A stretch of DNA of 64,000 nucleotides from Candidatus Iainarchaeum sp. (GCA_018304465.1 JAGVWC010000008.1:96001-160000), one strand, 5' to 3'; numbered from the stretch's first letter, positions 18,211-29,021 are shown. The notes: a model not told the origin generated them from the sequence alone. Translations and numbers: made by a program.

Positions 18211-19368
18211 ATGTTCGACTTACTCAAAAAAAAACTCAGCGAATTCTCAAACCAACTTAAACAAACCATTCAACAAAAAACCGGCGAAGAAAACGCCAAA
18301 CCAGCCGATTCTTCCAAAGCAACGCTTTCGAACACACCAATCGAACCTATTTTCGAAGACAAACCGGTTCCAATCACACCCACAGAAAAACCCGTTTTGA
18401 AAACCCCCATGATTGGAAAAAAACCACCCAAAGAAAAACCATCCGTATCAAAGCCGATTGCAAAAGACAAACGCGAACTCAAAACCAAAATCGGAATCCT
18501 CGAAAAAACAAAAGCGATTTTTTCCGGAGAAATCGAACTAGGCGAAAAAGAAATCGCGAATCTGTTGGACGAACTCGAATTCGCGTTGCTTGAAGCCGAC
18601 GTCGAACAAGAAACCGCCATCAAAATCGTTGACGCCATGCGTCAACGCCTGGTCGGAAAAAAGATTTCCAGCCGACAAAACATCGACGAATTCATCAAAA
18701 CCGAAATCAAACACGCGCTCGTCACAAGCCTTGAAATTCCCGATTACCAACCGTTTCTTTTCCGCATTCAAACCAAAAAACCATTTGTGATTCTCTTGCT
18801 TGGACCCAACGGCGCGGGAAAAACCACGACACTCGCCAAAATCGTGCGGCTCCTGCAAAAAAACAACAAAACCGCAATCCTTGCCGCCGCGGACACGTTT
18901 CGCGCGGCCAGCATCGAACAACTCGAACAACACGCCAAACGCTTAAACGTCCGCCTCGTCAAACACACGTATGGCGCGGACCCGGCTGCCGTCGGATTCG
19001 ACACGATTGCCGCGGCCAAAAGCCACGATATCGACGTAGTTCTCATTGATTCCGCGGGACGCCAAGAAACCAACCAAAACCTCATGAAAGAACTGGAAAA
19101 AATCATCCGCGTCTGCAAACCCGACTTGAAACTATTCATTCTGGAAGGATACGCCGGACAAGCGTCGCTTGCCCAAGTCAAAGAATTCGACAAACATCTT
19201 TCCATTGACGGCGTGGTACTCACCAAAATGGACACCGACCCCAAAGGGGGCAGCGCGCTCTCCGTGCTCCACGAACTCAAAAAACCCATTTTTTTCATCG
19301 GAACCGGACAAGGCTACGACGACCTGGAAGAATTCGAACTCGAAAACGTACTCGACAAAATCGTTTGA
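18211..19368 (+). CDS. ftsY: SRP receptor FtsY
   Basis: GPNGAGKTTT, DTFRAAS, DSAGR, TKMD..KGG, GTGQ. Confidence 0.96.
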   Translation: MFDLLKKKLSEFSNQLKQTIQQKTGEENAKPADSSKATLSNTPIEPIFEDKPVPITPTEKPVLKTPMIGKKPPKEKPSVSKPIAKDKRELKTKIGILEKTKAIFSGEIELGEKEIANLLDELEFALLEADVEQETAIKIVDAMRQRLVGKKISSRQNIDEFIKTEIKHALVTSLEIPDYQPFLFRIQTKKPFVILLLGPNGAGKTTTLAKIVRLLQKNNKTAILAAADTFRAASIEQLEQHAKRLNVRLVKHTYGADPAAVGFDTIAAAKSHDIDVVLIDSAGRQETNQNLMKELEKIIRVCKPDLKLFILEGYAGQASLAQVKEFDKHLSIDGVVLTKMDTDPKGGSALSVLHELKKPIFFIGTGQGYDDLEEFELENVLDKIV

Positions 19369-19385
19369 CTGTTTATCAACCAAGT

Positions 19386-20543
19386 TTAATTCAAAAAAAC
19401 GAACGCGTATTCTTGACTCTTTAAACCACTCGAAGAAACAATCGAAATTTCTTCCGTCGAATTCGAAGCAACATCATACAACTGCGCGCTTTTGAGCAAA
19501 TAATCGCTTCCGTATGAGACAATCAAAAGCTTTCCACTATCTTCGTCGATCGAAAGGCCTTTTTCATCCGAATCAAGCGCCACCTCAATAAGACTCTTGG
19601 CAGTGCCGTCAAGACCAAAGCGCTTGACCGTATACACGCTTCCATTTTTTACATATCCATACAACGCGTCACTACCGGAAAAAAACGTTCCGGACGAAAC
19701 ATTTGAAAACAATTCTTCCGACACCTTGCCCGTGAACAGATCGTGCCTTCGAATTGACGCGGTTTCGGAATCATAATCCGTCACCACCGAAAGCAACGCG
19801 TTTTGAGCCGTAAAAAAATCACCTTCATTATCTGCATCCCCATACGAAAGCAAGTCCGAGCCGCTCGCCGTCCCCAATGACTGAACCATCAAAGCGCCGC
19901 CGCCCGACCGACGGCCATAAAAATCATTCACGATTCGATCACGATAATACACCTTATCCCCCACCACCGTCAGATTCGTCGCGTCAAAAGTAGTCGAGGA
20001 AATCGCGGACGCGTTTTTTGGATCCACTTCGTTTAGCACTGTACTCGTGCTTCGCCGCGTCACCGTAAACAAACGTCCATTTTGCGTCATTGGATAAATC
20101 GTACTTTCCGAATACGAAGTCGAAACCGTGGACGCCATCACGTCAAAACGATCAACCACCGGAATAAACCGCACCACGCCTTTATGACTCGTTTCCCAGC
20201 GAATGTTGGTTACATACCCGCTTCCATCGGCGGTGTTTTGCACCGAAACCGGCAAACGACTGGCCACATCCCCCAAATAAGCGCGATAAAACAATGCGAT
20301 GCTTCCGGACGGAACCGACGGCTGTGAAGGGGTATCATCCGGCCGCACCGGAATGCGATCATTGTTTGTATCGGAAAATTTTTTCAACGCATTATCCTGA
20401 TTGCGCACGGGTAGGCCACGGTTATCGTTTGAATTTCCCGAAAAATCCGAAAGCACATACACGACCACCGAAAGCAAGGCGATGGCCAAAATCACCACTA
20501 AAAACCAAGGAAGCTTCGTCGAAGAATTATCCGTTGACGCCAT
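19386..20543 (-). CDS. membrane-anchored beta-rich (propeller-like) extracellular protein
   Basis: N-terminal TM helix, S/T/D-rich beta repeats. Confidence 0.75.
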   Translation of the reverse strand: MASTDNSSTKLPWFLVVILAIALLSVVVYVLSDFSGNSNDNRGLPVRNQDNALKKFSDTNNDRIPVRPDDTPSQPSVPSGSIALFYRAYLGDVASRLPVSVQNTADGSGYVTNIRWETSHKGVVRFIPVVDRFDVMASTVSTSYSESTIYPMTQNGRLFTVTRRSTSTVLNEVDPKNASAISSTTFDATNLTVVGDKVYYRDRIVNDFYGRRSGGGALMVQSLGTASGSDLLSYGDADNEGDFFTAQNALLSVVTDYDSETASIRRHDLFTGKVSEELFSNVSSGTFFSGSDALYGYVKNGSVYTVKRFGLDGTAKSLIEVALDSDEKGLSIDEDSGKLLIVSYGSDYLLKSAQLYDVASNSTEEISIVSSSGLKSQEYAFVFLN

Positions 20544-20596
20544 GTCAACATAAGGAATTCGATACATTTAAAAGTAACGGTTTTGATATCAGTAAA

Positions 20597-21679
20597 ATGA
20601 GAAAACTTGCCATCGTGTTGTTACTCCTCCTGCTCGCAGCCTCGACGATCGCATTCACAATCCGAGCCCCGGGATTAACCCAGCGACGACTCACCAGTCC
20701 CAACAGCACGCCTCAATGCGTCACAAGCGCGGATTGTCCCAACGGAGAAAAATGCGTTGGACGCAGATGCGTGGAGGACACACAAGATAGAACGCCGCTT
20801 GGACCCAAACCGTATGAACCCGAACCAATTGAACAACCAAGCCAACCGTTCTCCGCAGCCCTTAACCGTACCTGCACCGAAGACACCGACTGCCCCACCG
20901 GACAATTATGCGATGACGGTCTCTGCTCTTCCGAACGCCAAAACGTGGTCAGGCTCATCCTCAAATACATTGCCAAAATCCAGAGCCCTCCGGCTCCGGA
21001 CGACGGTTCCTGCACCACCAATGCGGACTGTCCCATCGGCCAGTTCTGTCGCTCGAATATTTGCAAGACAATGGCCGAAATCATTGATGAAGGCGGAGAC
21101 GGCTCGCCGGACCCCGAACCAGACGAACCGGAACCCGACACTCCCGGCGCTGCCCTGTGCCAAATCTTTGAAGGTGAATTATACCCGATCAAAACCGACA
21201 TTGCGTGTACTCCAACGCCTGCCAGCGGCCGAATCCTTGAAATCATAAACGATTTGGAAGTGTATTGGGACGCGTTGGATAACCGGCATGAAAACCGGGT
21301 TGTTCGCATCCTTTACCAGAACGGCCCTCTGGGTGCGGTCCAACCGCTCATTGGATTTCTTGACGGGCGGTATTGTGGCGCAGGATTGCCCCCCGGCATA
21401 CTGCCCGAAGGCGATTTCCAAGTATTTACGCGTTCCCCAGACGAAACTACGTTTGACGACCAATATGATATCCGGCCGGAAATTGGTTGGTGGGACGAAC
21501 CCAGCTACGAATTTCCCTGTTACCATCATCACTTCGACCAAATGATTCTCTGTGACGGCCGCCTCACCGAAAAAAGCCGCTCGATTCGAATCAACCACCC
21601 GGACAACACCAAAATCACGGTCCGCATGAGCGGATTCTATCCCGACTTCGCCTACATCACTGAAGGATACTGCGAATAA
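20597..21679 (+). CDS. secreted protein with three Cys-rich repeats
   Basis: MRKLAIVLLLLLLAAS signal; three Cx4DCPxGx2Cx4C repeats. Confidence 0.8.
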   Translation: MRKLAIVLLLLLLAASTIAFTIRAPGLTQRRLTSPNSTPQCVTSADCPNGEKCVGRRCVEDTQDRTPLGPKPYEPEPIEQPSQPFSAALNRTCTEDTDCPTGQLCDDGLCSSERQNVVRLILKYIAKIQSPPAPDDGSCTTNADCPIGQFCRSNICKTMAEIIDEGGDGSPDPEPDEPEPDTPGAALCQIFEGELYPIKTDIACTPTPASGRILEIINDLEVYWDALDNRHENRVVRILYQNGPLGAVQPLIGFLDGRYCGAGLPPGILPEGDFQVFTRSPDETTFDDQYDIRPEIGWWDEPSYEFPCYHHHFDQMILCDGRLTEKSRSIRINHPDNTKITVRMSGFYPDFAYITEGYCE

Positions 21680-21755
21680 CAATCCAGACAATCGTTCAAA
21701 TCCTTTTCCCGTCATAGAAAACCATTAATAAATCCAAATTGTTAAAGTACTTCAT

Positions 21756-23474
21756 ATGCGGGGAAAAATCCTATTGATTTTACTTTGCCTGTTGCTTCTA
21801 GCGTCTCCCCTGCTGGCCAAATCGTATTCCATCACCAACGCCAGCATCAAAATGCAAATCCACGACGACGCCAGCATCGACGCGGATGAAACACTCACGT
21901 TTCTTTTTTCCGGGCAATACACGTTTGCATACCGCGATATTCCCAATGGCTCCTGGCACATATCCGAGATTTCCGTGACCGAAAACGAAACACCCGTTCC
22001 ATTCACCGTCACCCCAATCAACAACCAAACCCGCATTCGCTGGACCTACACCGCAAACTCGGAAATCCGCACGTTCACGATCCATTACCGATTGGAAAAC
22101 GCGATCAAAGCGTATTCCGACGTCGCCGAACTCAACTGGAAAGTATGGGGCGACAACTGGGAAGTTCCCGTCACCAACCTGTACGGAGAAATCATTCTTC
22201 CAAAACCCGTTTCGGACGCCAAACAAGTGTACTCCTGGGGGCACCCCAAAATCGAAGGAAAAATGGGGCTTGAAAACAACCAAAAACTCATCTTCCAAAC
22301 ACTGTACGCTCCCGCCAACCAATGGGTCGAAATCCGAATGGCGTTTCCACGCGAACTCTTGACCACCGTCACCTACGCGCAAACCGAAAATTCGCCCGGA
22401 CTCCAAAAAATCGAAAGCGAGGAAAAACAATTCGCGCTTTACGACAGCTTATCCATTTTTCTCATTCCGCTCTTGATTCTTGCATTCATCGGGTTCCTCA
22501 TCTGGACGTATTTATCGTTCGGAAAAGATCCCGAAGTTTCGTATCACGCGATTTATGAACGCGAACCACCGTACGAATACGGTCCCGCCATCGTGCAAGC
22601 GCTCAGCCGCGATTTTAGTCACACGCCGGATTCCAAAAGCTTTGTCGCCGAAATGTTTTACCTCGCGTGGCTTGGATACCTGCAATTCGAAAAAATACCC
22701 AAAGAAAAAATCCTCGGCGTGTTCGGACGCGACTACGATTACAACGTCCGATACGCGAATCCCAAAAAACCCGTTTCCCTATCCGACAGCCAAAATCACT
22801 TGCTGTCACTCCTCAAAAAATACACCGACAACCAAAACCCCTTCGCGTTCTCCAAATTCGAAGAAAAAACACGCCAACAAACAGGGGAATTCCAAAAAGA
22901 CTTCAAAGCCTGGCAAAAACTCGTTGAAACCGAAGCCAAAAAAATGGATTTTTTCGAAAAAAAATCCGGACTCAAACGACTCATCGTCGGAACCCTGGCG
23001 TTCATTATTGCGCTGGCAATACTCGTCCCCGCCGGAGCCATTTTCTTAATCTGGATTTCGTTTCTGGCGTTCCCGGTATTTGCGCACATCATTTCCAAAC
23101 GCACGGAAAAAGGAACGCTTCATCACAAACAATGGGAAAACTTCAAAAAATTCCTAAACGATTTTTCGCAAATCAAACAATACCCCCCTGAATCCCTCGT
23201 GCTGTGGGAAAAATACCTCGTGTACGCCATCGGGTTCGGAATCGCGGACAAAGTCGCCCAATACATGAAACTGTTGGTGTCTGAACGCGAACTCACCAAC
23301 AGCGCCATTTTCGTCGGCGGATACCACGGCGGATGGAACGACGTCAACGCCTTTGCCCAAAGCGCGGTCGCCTACGCTCCGTCCTTTGCAACGGCCAGCG
23401 GAACCAGCGGCAGCGGCGGATTCGGCGGAGGAGGCGGCGGAGGAGGCGGCGGGGGCGGCGGAGGCGCCGGATAA
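21756..23474 (+). CDS. DUF2207 family membrane protein
   Basis: ELNWKVWG..W, W..FKKFL.DFS, LWEKYLVYA, poly-Gly C-terminus. Confidence 0.92.
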   Translation: MRGKILLILLCLLLLASPLLAKSYSITNASIKMQIHDDASIDADETLTFLFSGQYTFAYRDIPNGSWHISEISVTENETPVPFTVTPINNQTRIRWTYTANSEIRTFTIHYRLENAIKAYSDVAELNWKVWGDNWEVPVTNLYGEIILPKPVSDAKQVYSWGHPKIEGKMGLENNQKLIFQTLYAPANQWVEIRMAFPRELLTTVTYAQTENSPGLQKIESEEKQFALYDSLSIFLIPLLILAFIGFLIWTYLSFGKDPEVSYHAIYEREPPYEYGPAIVQALSRDFSHTPDSKSFVAEMFYLAWLGYLQFEKIPKEKILGVFGRDYDYNVRYANPKKPVSLSDSQNHLLSLLKKYTDNQNPFAFSKFEEKTRQQTGEFQKDFKAWQKLVETEAKKMDFFEKKSGLKRLIVGTLAFIIALAILVPAGAIFLIWISFLAFPVFAHIISKRTEKGTLHHKQWENFKKFLNDFSQIKQYPPESLVLWEKYLVYAIGFGIADKVAQYMKLLVSERELTNSAIFVGGYHGGWNDVNAFAQSAVAYAPSFATASGTSGSGGFGGGGGGGGGGGGGGAG

Positions 23475-23513
23475 AACCAAACCCTAAAAAACACACAGCA
23501 CCTAAAAGAATAC

Positions 23514-24377
23514 ATGCCCGGCAAGCCTCGAAAAACAATCCCTGGTTTTCTCTCGCTACACGAGCTTGCGATCCGCGCCAAACAAAAAGGAAACCCGATC
23601 AGTGTCACGGGATTCAAACGCGCGCTCCGCGAAGGAAAACTGGTGGCCGACGCCTACGAAAACCGACGCTACAAGCCAGGCCCCTTGTTTTTTACCCGAC
23701 GCGAAAACGAATGGATTTTAAAAGCCCCCAAACCCAATCAAGAAATTTCTAACGGGTATACCACGACCCACCACTTGCTGGCGGAAGCAAACAAAATCCG
23801 CGGAAACATTTACCTTCCCCACATCCAACAATTTCTAAAAGAACTGCAATCAACACAACCCGAACTCGCTGCCCAAATGCGGGTTGAAACCAACGGAAAA
23901 CGAAAACGCCTTATCATCCCCCAAGCCATTGCCGACCAGTTCCTCGAACGCGTCAGAACCAACCAGTTATCCGGACTCTTCCGACAATACGGAAGCCTCC
24001 ATCGCGGACAACGCAACCCGAAAAAACCGCCTTCCCCTGACGCCCCAACGCCAAAACCCGCACCCAGTCCAACACCCGTTCCACCGACACCCGAACCCAA
24101 TACTCCGATTCCCCATCCGTCGGCTCCAACACCCAAAATTCACGGCCCACTTACCACCGCGGAATTTCTACAACTCGAATCGCGTTTCAATCGCCCCGTG
24201 GTACAAATGCGCATCGCGCAGGATGTGCAGCAACTCGGATCCTCACGCACCATTGAGGAAACCGCGCGACTATTAGGCACGACGGTCGGAACCGTTCACC
24301 AATTGGTGGAAACCGGAAAACTCGAAAAAAAACCAAACAGCAAAATACCGATTCAAAGCATCCAGCGACTGCTTTAA
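23514..24377 (+). CDS. basic orphan with Pro-rich linker and C-terminal excisionase-like HTH
   Basis: MPGKPRK..., TIEETARLLGTTVGTVHQLVETGKL. Confidence 0.72.
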   Translation: MPGKPRKTIPGFLSLHELAIRAKQKGNPISVTGFKRALREGKLVADAYENRRYKPGPLFFTRRENEWILKAPKPNQEISNGYTTTHHLLAEANKIRGNIYLPHIQQFLKELQSTQPELAAQMRVETNGKRKRLIIPQAIADQFLERVRTNQLSGLFRQYGSLHRGQRNPKKPPSPDAPTPKPAPSPTPVPPTPEPNTPIPHPSAPTPKIHGPLTTAEFLQLESRFNRPVVQMRIAQDVQQLGSSRTIEETARLLGTTVGTVHQLVETGKLEKKPNSKIPIQSIQRLL

Positions 24378-24441
24378 GCGACCGACCAAGACCCTTTTTT
24401 TAATGCCTTCGGAGGCCAAAATCAGTACAAAAAGGATCTTT

Positions 24442-27400
24442 ATGGGCTTAGGCGACCAATTACGCGACGCAATGGAAAAACTGCGAAAAAGCACGTTTTC
24501 CGACCGCGACGAAATCAAAAGCATCGTCAAATCCATGCAACGCGCACTGATTTCAGCCGACGTACCCGTCAAACTCGTGCTCGAAGTATCCAAAAAAATC
24601 GAAGACGCCGCGTTCTCCGAACTTGCACCCGGACTCAACCGCCGCGAACACGTATTGAAAAACGCGTACGACAACCTCGCCGAAATACTCGGAGGACAAA
24701 CCAAACCCCCCCAAAACCCCAAACGCATTCTCATGGTCGGATTGTTCGGCTCCGGAAAATGCGTTCATCCTTTGACGATTGTGCCGACTGCGAACGGGTG
24801 CGTTGAAACAATCCAAAAAATATACGAGAAAAACCCGGAAACGGAATTGACGCTCGAAGACGGATTTGTGAAAGAGTTGTCGAATCCGATCGAAGTTTTC
24901 TCGCTTAATCCACTCAACTTGAAAATGACAAGGGGAACAGTTTCACACATCTGGAAATTAAAAAAAGACAAATCCCTATACAAAGTCGCACTAGACAACG
25001 GAAACAATCACGCAGTAATTGTCACACCGGAGCACCCGTTTTTTGTACTTGAAAACGCCCATATTAAAAAAACCAAAGCCGAGGAACTCACCGCGGGCGC
25101 ATTTGTTGCGACACCAAGACAACTTCCTCTGCCAGAAAAACAAATCCCAATTAAGTACCTAGAGCAAAATCTTCCGCAGTCCTTTCAAGTGGTCTGCCCG
25201 GAACTGATAAATGAAGCCAAACAGTTTATGATCGCAAAATTTCATTCACTCACGAACGCATTTAACATTCTCGGAGAAGACTATGCGTATTGTACATTCA
25301 CTGCAAACCTGAAGCGCGGGATATTGCGATTCTCAACTTTAAAAAAACTGAGGAATCAAGGGTTTGAGCCAAATGGAACACAGGAGATAAAGTTGAAAGA
25401 ATTTGGCACGGGAGCGCGAACAATCCAGGTACCTAACCAACTAACGACCGAAATGGCGGAATTCATGGGGTATTTTTTTGCAGACGGCCATATGAGAAAG
25501 GAATATGTTGAAATTACCAACGAATCGAATGAAATACTCGATCGGATAGAAAAAATTGGAATGCGACTATTCCAGAAAAAACCGTGTCGAAAACAAGACA
25601 AGAGAAACGCTAACGTAAAACAAATCCTGTTCTGCTCAGGAGTCTTGACCAAGGCGCTTAACACGGTTTTTGGATTTCCATATTTTAAAAAAAGTGACAT
25701 CATTCGCATACCCCCCATGATTTTGCAGGCGACAAAGGAAAATAAGTATGCCTTTTTGCAGGCATACTTTGACTGCGACGGCTACGTGTCAAAAAACACT
25801 CGTCAGATAGAATTTTGCACTGCGAGTCCCCTCTTTGCTGAAGACCTGCGAATACTGCTCACAAGCCTTGAGATGCAGCCAAATTATAGCAAAAAGAAAA
25901 TCAAGGACAAATATTACTACCGCGTCTGTATCAAATGCAAGGACGTGGAAACCTTCTTTCAGCGAGTAGGATCCCGAATTCCTTTCAAGCAAAAACGCCT
26001 TGCGGGAATGTCTGAAATCGGAGTCGGCCAAACACTTGGAAAAAATGAATTGCTCCATGTCGGCCAATCCATCCGAGACGTTCGAAACCAACAGGGTGCA
26101 ACCATTGGAGACATACAGCACCATGTTGGTTCCTACGGAATATACGAACAAGAAGGATTGATATCCCGCAATTCTCTTAAAAAATTCATTGAAGCGATCA
26201 CGACTAAAACAAAAAACAAGAACAATCAGATACTCCAAAACACAATTCAACCGAAAAAACTGAATGAGTTAAGCACTGCGTTTCAAGAACCGCTTGGCTG
26301 GGTCAACGCCAATGTTTTTCGCCTGAAAGAACTTGGATTTGTCACATATTCCAACGGGGAAGTACAAACAACCGAACTCGGAAAGCAACTGCTTGAAAAA
26401 AACCAAAAAGACGAAGGGCTAGAACTTAAAAAACTAGAGTTGCTTGCCCATTCAGACATCACATGGATGAAAGTCAAGAAGATCGAGCTCGTTGACAACA
26501 CGGAATACGTGTACGACCTCACAGTTGATGAATACCATAACTTTGTTGCTAACCAGTTTATTGTACACAATACCACCACTTCCGGAAAACTCTGTCACTA
26601 TTACCAAAAACGCGGAAAAAAAGTCGGACTGATCGCCGCGGACACGTTTCGACCCGCGGCCATGGAACAACTTGAACAAATCGCCAAAAAAATCAACGCC
26701 ACCGTCATCCTTGACAAAAACGAAACCAAACCCGAAAAAATAATCCAACAAGGATTACAACGCGAAAAAGAATTCGATTTGCTTATCTGCGATTCCGCCG
26801 GACGCAACGCGCTTGATTCCGAATTAGAACAAGAAATCAAAACCATCAACCAAACCTTCAAGCCCGACCAAGCCTGGCTCGTGCTCGGCGCGGACCTCGG
26901 ACAAATCGCCGGAACCCAAGCCAAAGCGTTTCACGACGCGGTCGGCGTCAACGGCGTGATCGTCACGCGCATGGACGGAAGCGCCAAAGGCGGCGGAACA
27001 CTCGCGGCCTGCCGCCAAACCAACAGCCCCGTGTACTTTATCGGAACCGGCGAAAAAACATCCGACCTCGAAGAATTCGACGCGGTGCGATTCCTGTCCC
27101 GCATCATGGGATACGGAGACCTCCAATCGCTTTTGGAAAAAGCCCAAGAAGCCGCACAAGACACCGACATGGGACTCGAAGAACTGCTCGAACACGACTA
27201 CACCCTGGAAACGTTTTACAAACAACTCGAAGCCACCAACAAAATCGGCACCATGGACAAAATCATGGAAATGGTCGGAATGAAACAACAACTCCCAAAA
27301 GAAGCGGCGGAACAAGGACAAAAAAAACTCGAACAATTCCGGTTCATGATGCAAAGCATGACCAAAAAAGAAAAACAAAACCCCGATCTGATCAATTCCA

Positions 27401-27600
27401 GCCGAATTCGCCGCATCGCCCGCGGAAGCGGCAACACCCAGGAAAACGTGCGCGAATTGCTCAAACAATACAAGCGAATGAAAAACGCGTTCAAACAACT
27501 CAAAGGACTCGACGAAAAAAAACTACAACAAGGAATGGACATGAAAAAACTGCAGGAAATGTTTTCCCCGAAAAAAAAGAAAAAACTCCGTTTCCGCTAA
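24442..27600 (+). CDS. srp54: SRP54 (Ffh) interrupted by an intein
   Basis: RALISADV, GLFGSGK/TTT, DTFRPAA, DSAGR, M-domain SMT.KE...SRIRRIARGSG. Confidence 0.96.
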   Translation: MGLGDQLRDAMEKLRKSTFSDRDEIKSIVKSMQRALISADVPVKLVLEVSKKIEDAAFSELAPGLNRREHVLKNAYDNLAEILGGQTKPPQNPKRILMVGLFGSGKCVHPLTIVPTANGCVETIQKIYEKNPETELTLEDGFVKELSNPIEVFSLNPLNLKMTRGTVSHIWKLKKDKSLYKVALDNGNNHAVIVTPEHPFFVLENAHIKKTKAEELTAGAFVATPRQLPLPEKQIPIKYLEQNLPQSFQVVCPELINEAKQFMIAKFHSLTNAFNILGEDYAYCTFTANLKRGILRFSTLKKLRNQGFEPNGTQEIKLKEFGTGARTIQVPNQLTTEMAEFMGYFFADGHMRKEYVEITNESNEILDRIEKIGMRLFQKKPCRKQDKRNANVKQILFCSGVLTKALNTVFGFPYFKKSDIIRIPPMILQATKENKYAFLQAYFDCDGYVSKNTRQIEFCTASPLFAEDLRILLTSLEMQPNYSKKKIKDKYYYRVCIKCKDVETFFQRVGSRIPFKQKRLAGMSEIGVGQTLGKNELLHVGQSIRDVRNQQGATIGDIQHHVGSYGIYEQEGLISRNSLKKFIEAITTKTKNKNNQILQNTIQPKKLNELSTAFQEPLGWVNANVFRLKELGFVTYSNGEVQTTELGKQLLEKNQKDEGLELKKLELLAHSDITWMKVKKIELVDNTEYVYDLTVDEYHNFVANQFIVHNTTTSGKLCHYYQKRGKKVGLIAADTFRPAAMEQLEQIAKKINATVILDKNETKPEKIIQQGLQREKEFDLLICDSAGRNALDSELEQEIKTINQTFKPDQAWLVLGADLGQIAGTQAKAFHDAVGVNGVIVTRMDGSAKGGGTLAACRQTNSPVYFIGTGEKTSDLEEFDAVRFLSRIMGYGDLQSLLEKAQEAAQDTDMGLEELLEHDYTLETFYKQLEATNKIGTMDKIMEMVGMKQQLPKEAAEQGQKKLEQFRFMMQSMTKKEKQNPDLINSSRIRRIARGSGNTQENVRELLKQYKRMKNAFKQLKGLDEKKLQQGMDMKKLQEMFSPKKKKKLRFR
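24760..26571 (+). mobile_element. intein (604 aa) with LAGLIDADG endonuclease in the SRP54 P-loop
   Basis: Starts CVHP, TPEHPF block B, GYFFADG and AYFDCDG, ends YDLTV...VHN/T. Confidence 0.95.
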
Positions 27601-28076
27601 GTCTTAATCAGACGCGCCACGACATACGTCCAAACCAAAAAAATGGCCAGGGACTCGACCGCCCATTCCAAAATCAACAACAACGGCAGATTGATTAACA
27701 GCAACAACGACGCCGTATACGGAACAATGCTTAGTCCGAACACCAGCGACGAAAAACTAATCGTGGCTCGCGACGGATTCTTGGTGTCGATCACCGGCCG
27801 CACCCAGGAAAACAACGCGAAAAACATGGCGCCCAACCCAAAATTAACCACAAAACTCAGCACAAAAAACGATACCGGTGGCGCCGCGTTAGAGGGCATC
27901 ATCAGCGGACTCCACACCCCAAAAAAAGCAGGATCCAAATAATACGACATGGTCAACAACGCGCCGATCATGCGCACGACCTGGCCGATGACGGCAAACG
28001 CGATTCCCGCCCAAAACGCGGAACTCCAGTTAAACCCTTTGAAAGCGATTTTGATTTCACCGGTTTTTGGCGCCAT
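27597..28076 (-). CDS. hypothetical membrane protein
   Basis: 159 aa, four hydrophobic helices. Confidence 0.75.
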   Translation of the reverse strand: MAPKTGEIKIAFKGFNWSSAFWAGIAFAVIGQVVRMIGALLTMSYYLDPAFFGVWSPLMMPSNAAPPVSFFVLSFVVNFGLGAMFFALFSWVRPVIDTKNPSRATISFSSLVFGLSIVPYTASLLLLINLPLLLILEWAVESLAIFLVWTYVVARLIKT

Positions 28077-28195
28077 ATTTTCCAGTACTAAAATCCAAAA
28101 TATAAAGGTATCGAAACCATCGCTTCAAGGTTTTCAACAGCCAGCCAGTACGCTAAAATAAAAGCCTTTTTGCCTTCAATCCCAGCGAACCCCAC

Positions 28196-29020
28196 ATGGA
28201 TTTGCTCATCATCGAAAAAGCGATCGTTGGAATCGCCACCGCCATCGCCGCATACACCGATTACAAAACCGGCTACATTTACGACTGGATCACGATTCCA
28301 CTCGTCGTCATCGGCGCGATTCTACGCATCTGGCAACAAGACTGGATCGGACTCGGCCTTGGCATCGGCGTGTTCGTTTTCCTGTACGCCTTGTACTACA
28401 CCGGAAAACTCGGCGGCGGCGACGTCAAACTATTCTCCGGAATCACGCTCGTCATCCCGACACTCGAAGGACAATTCTTTTTGTTTAACGTATTGTTTTT
28501 TGCGGCCGCAAGCGCGCTTGGATTCTATTCTCTGTATTACTTGTTTCGCATCTGGAAAGAAAAAATAAAAATCGACTGGAAAGAAAACCACGACCAGGTC
28601 CGCATGGCGTTTCTGTTGGGCGTATTCTCGGTTACGTTTCTTGGACTCATGATTTTCACCCACGCCTTGTCGCTTTACGTCGGAATCGCGATACTCGCAT
28701 TGTTTTTACTCGCATGTATCTACATCGGCGTCGAACACACCGTCAAGAAAAACTTTTTTCTCGAACACGTCGGCCTGGAAAAACTCGAAGAAGACGAAAT
28801 CATCGCAACAGAGTTTTTAACCAAAGAACAACTTGAAAAAAGCGGACTCAACCTCAAAAAAATCGTTGGAGAAACCGAAAAACAAAAACTCGAAAAACTC
28901 GGAATCACGAAAGTGCCGGTGTACCGAAACGCGCCCCGCTTTGGACCGTTCATTTTCGTCGGAACCCTGATCGCGCTCGCGGTACCAGAGTTTTTCTCGA
29001 TCCTGTTTTTTTCATTCTGA
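28196..29020 (+). CDS. A24 prepilin/preflagellin peptidase (FlaK/PibD-like)
   Basis: TDYKTGYIYDWIT and GGGDVKL catalytic Asp motifs; P.F.PFI tail. Confidence 0.88.
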   Translation: MDLLIIEKAIVGIATAIAAYTDYKTGYIYDWITIPLVVIGAILRIWQQDWIGLGLGIGVFVFLYALYYTGKLGGGDVKLFSGITLVIPTLEGQFFLFNVLFFAAASALGFYSLYYLFRIWKEKIKIDWKENHDQVRMAFLLGVFSVTFLGLMIFTHALSLYVGIAILALFLLACIYIGVEHTVKKNFFLEHVGLEKLEEDEIIATEFLTKEQLEKSGLNLKKIVGETEKQKLEKLGITKVPVYRNAPRFGPFIFVGTLIALAVPEFFSILFFSF

Positions 29021-29021
29021 A

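Noticed and set aside
20294-20596. N-terminal extension of the 461-aa ORF
   Set aside because: Overlaps the opposite-strand gene; the signal peptide begins at ATG 20597.
23400-23471. GGC/GGA repeat tract
   Set aside because: Encodes the normal poly-Gly tail of DUF2207 proteins.
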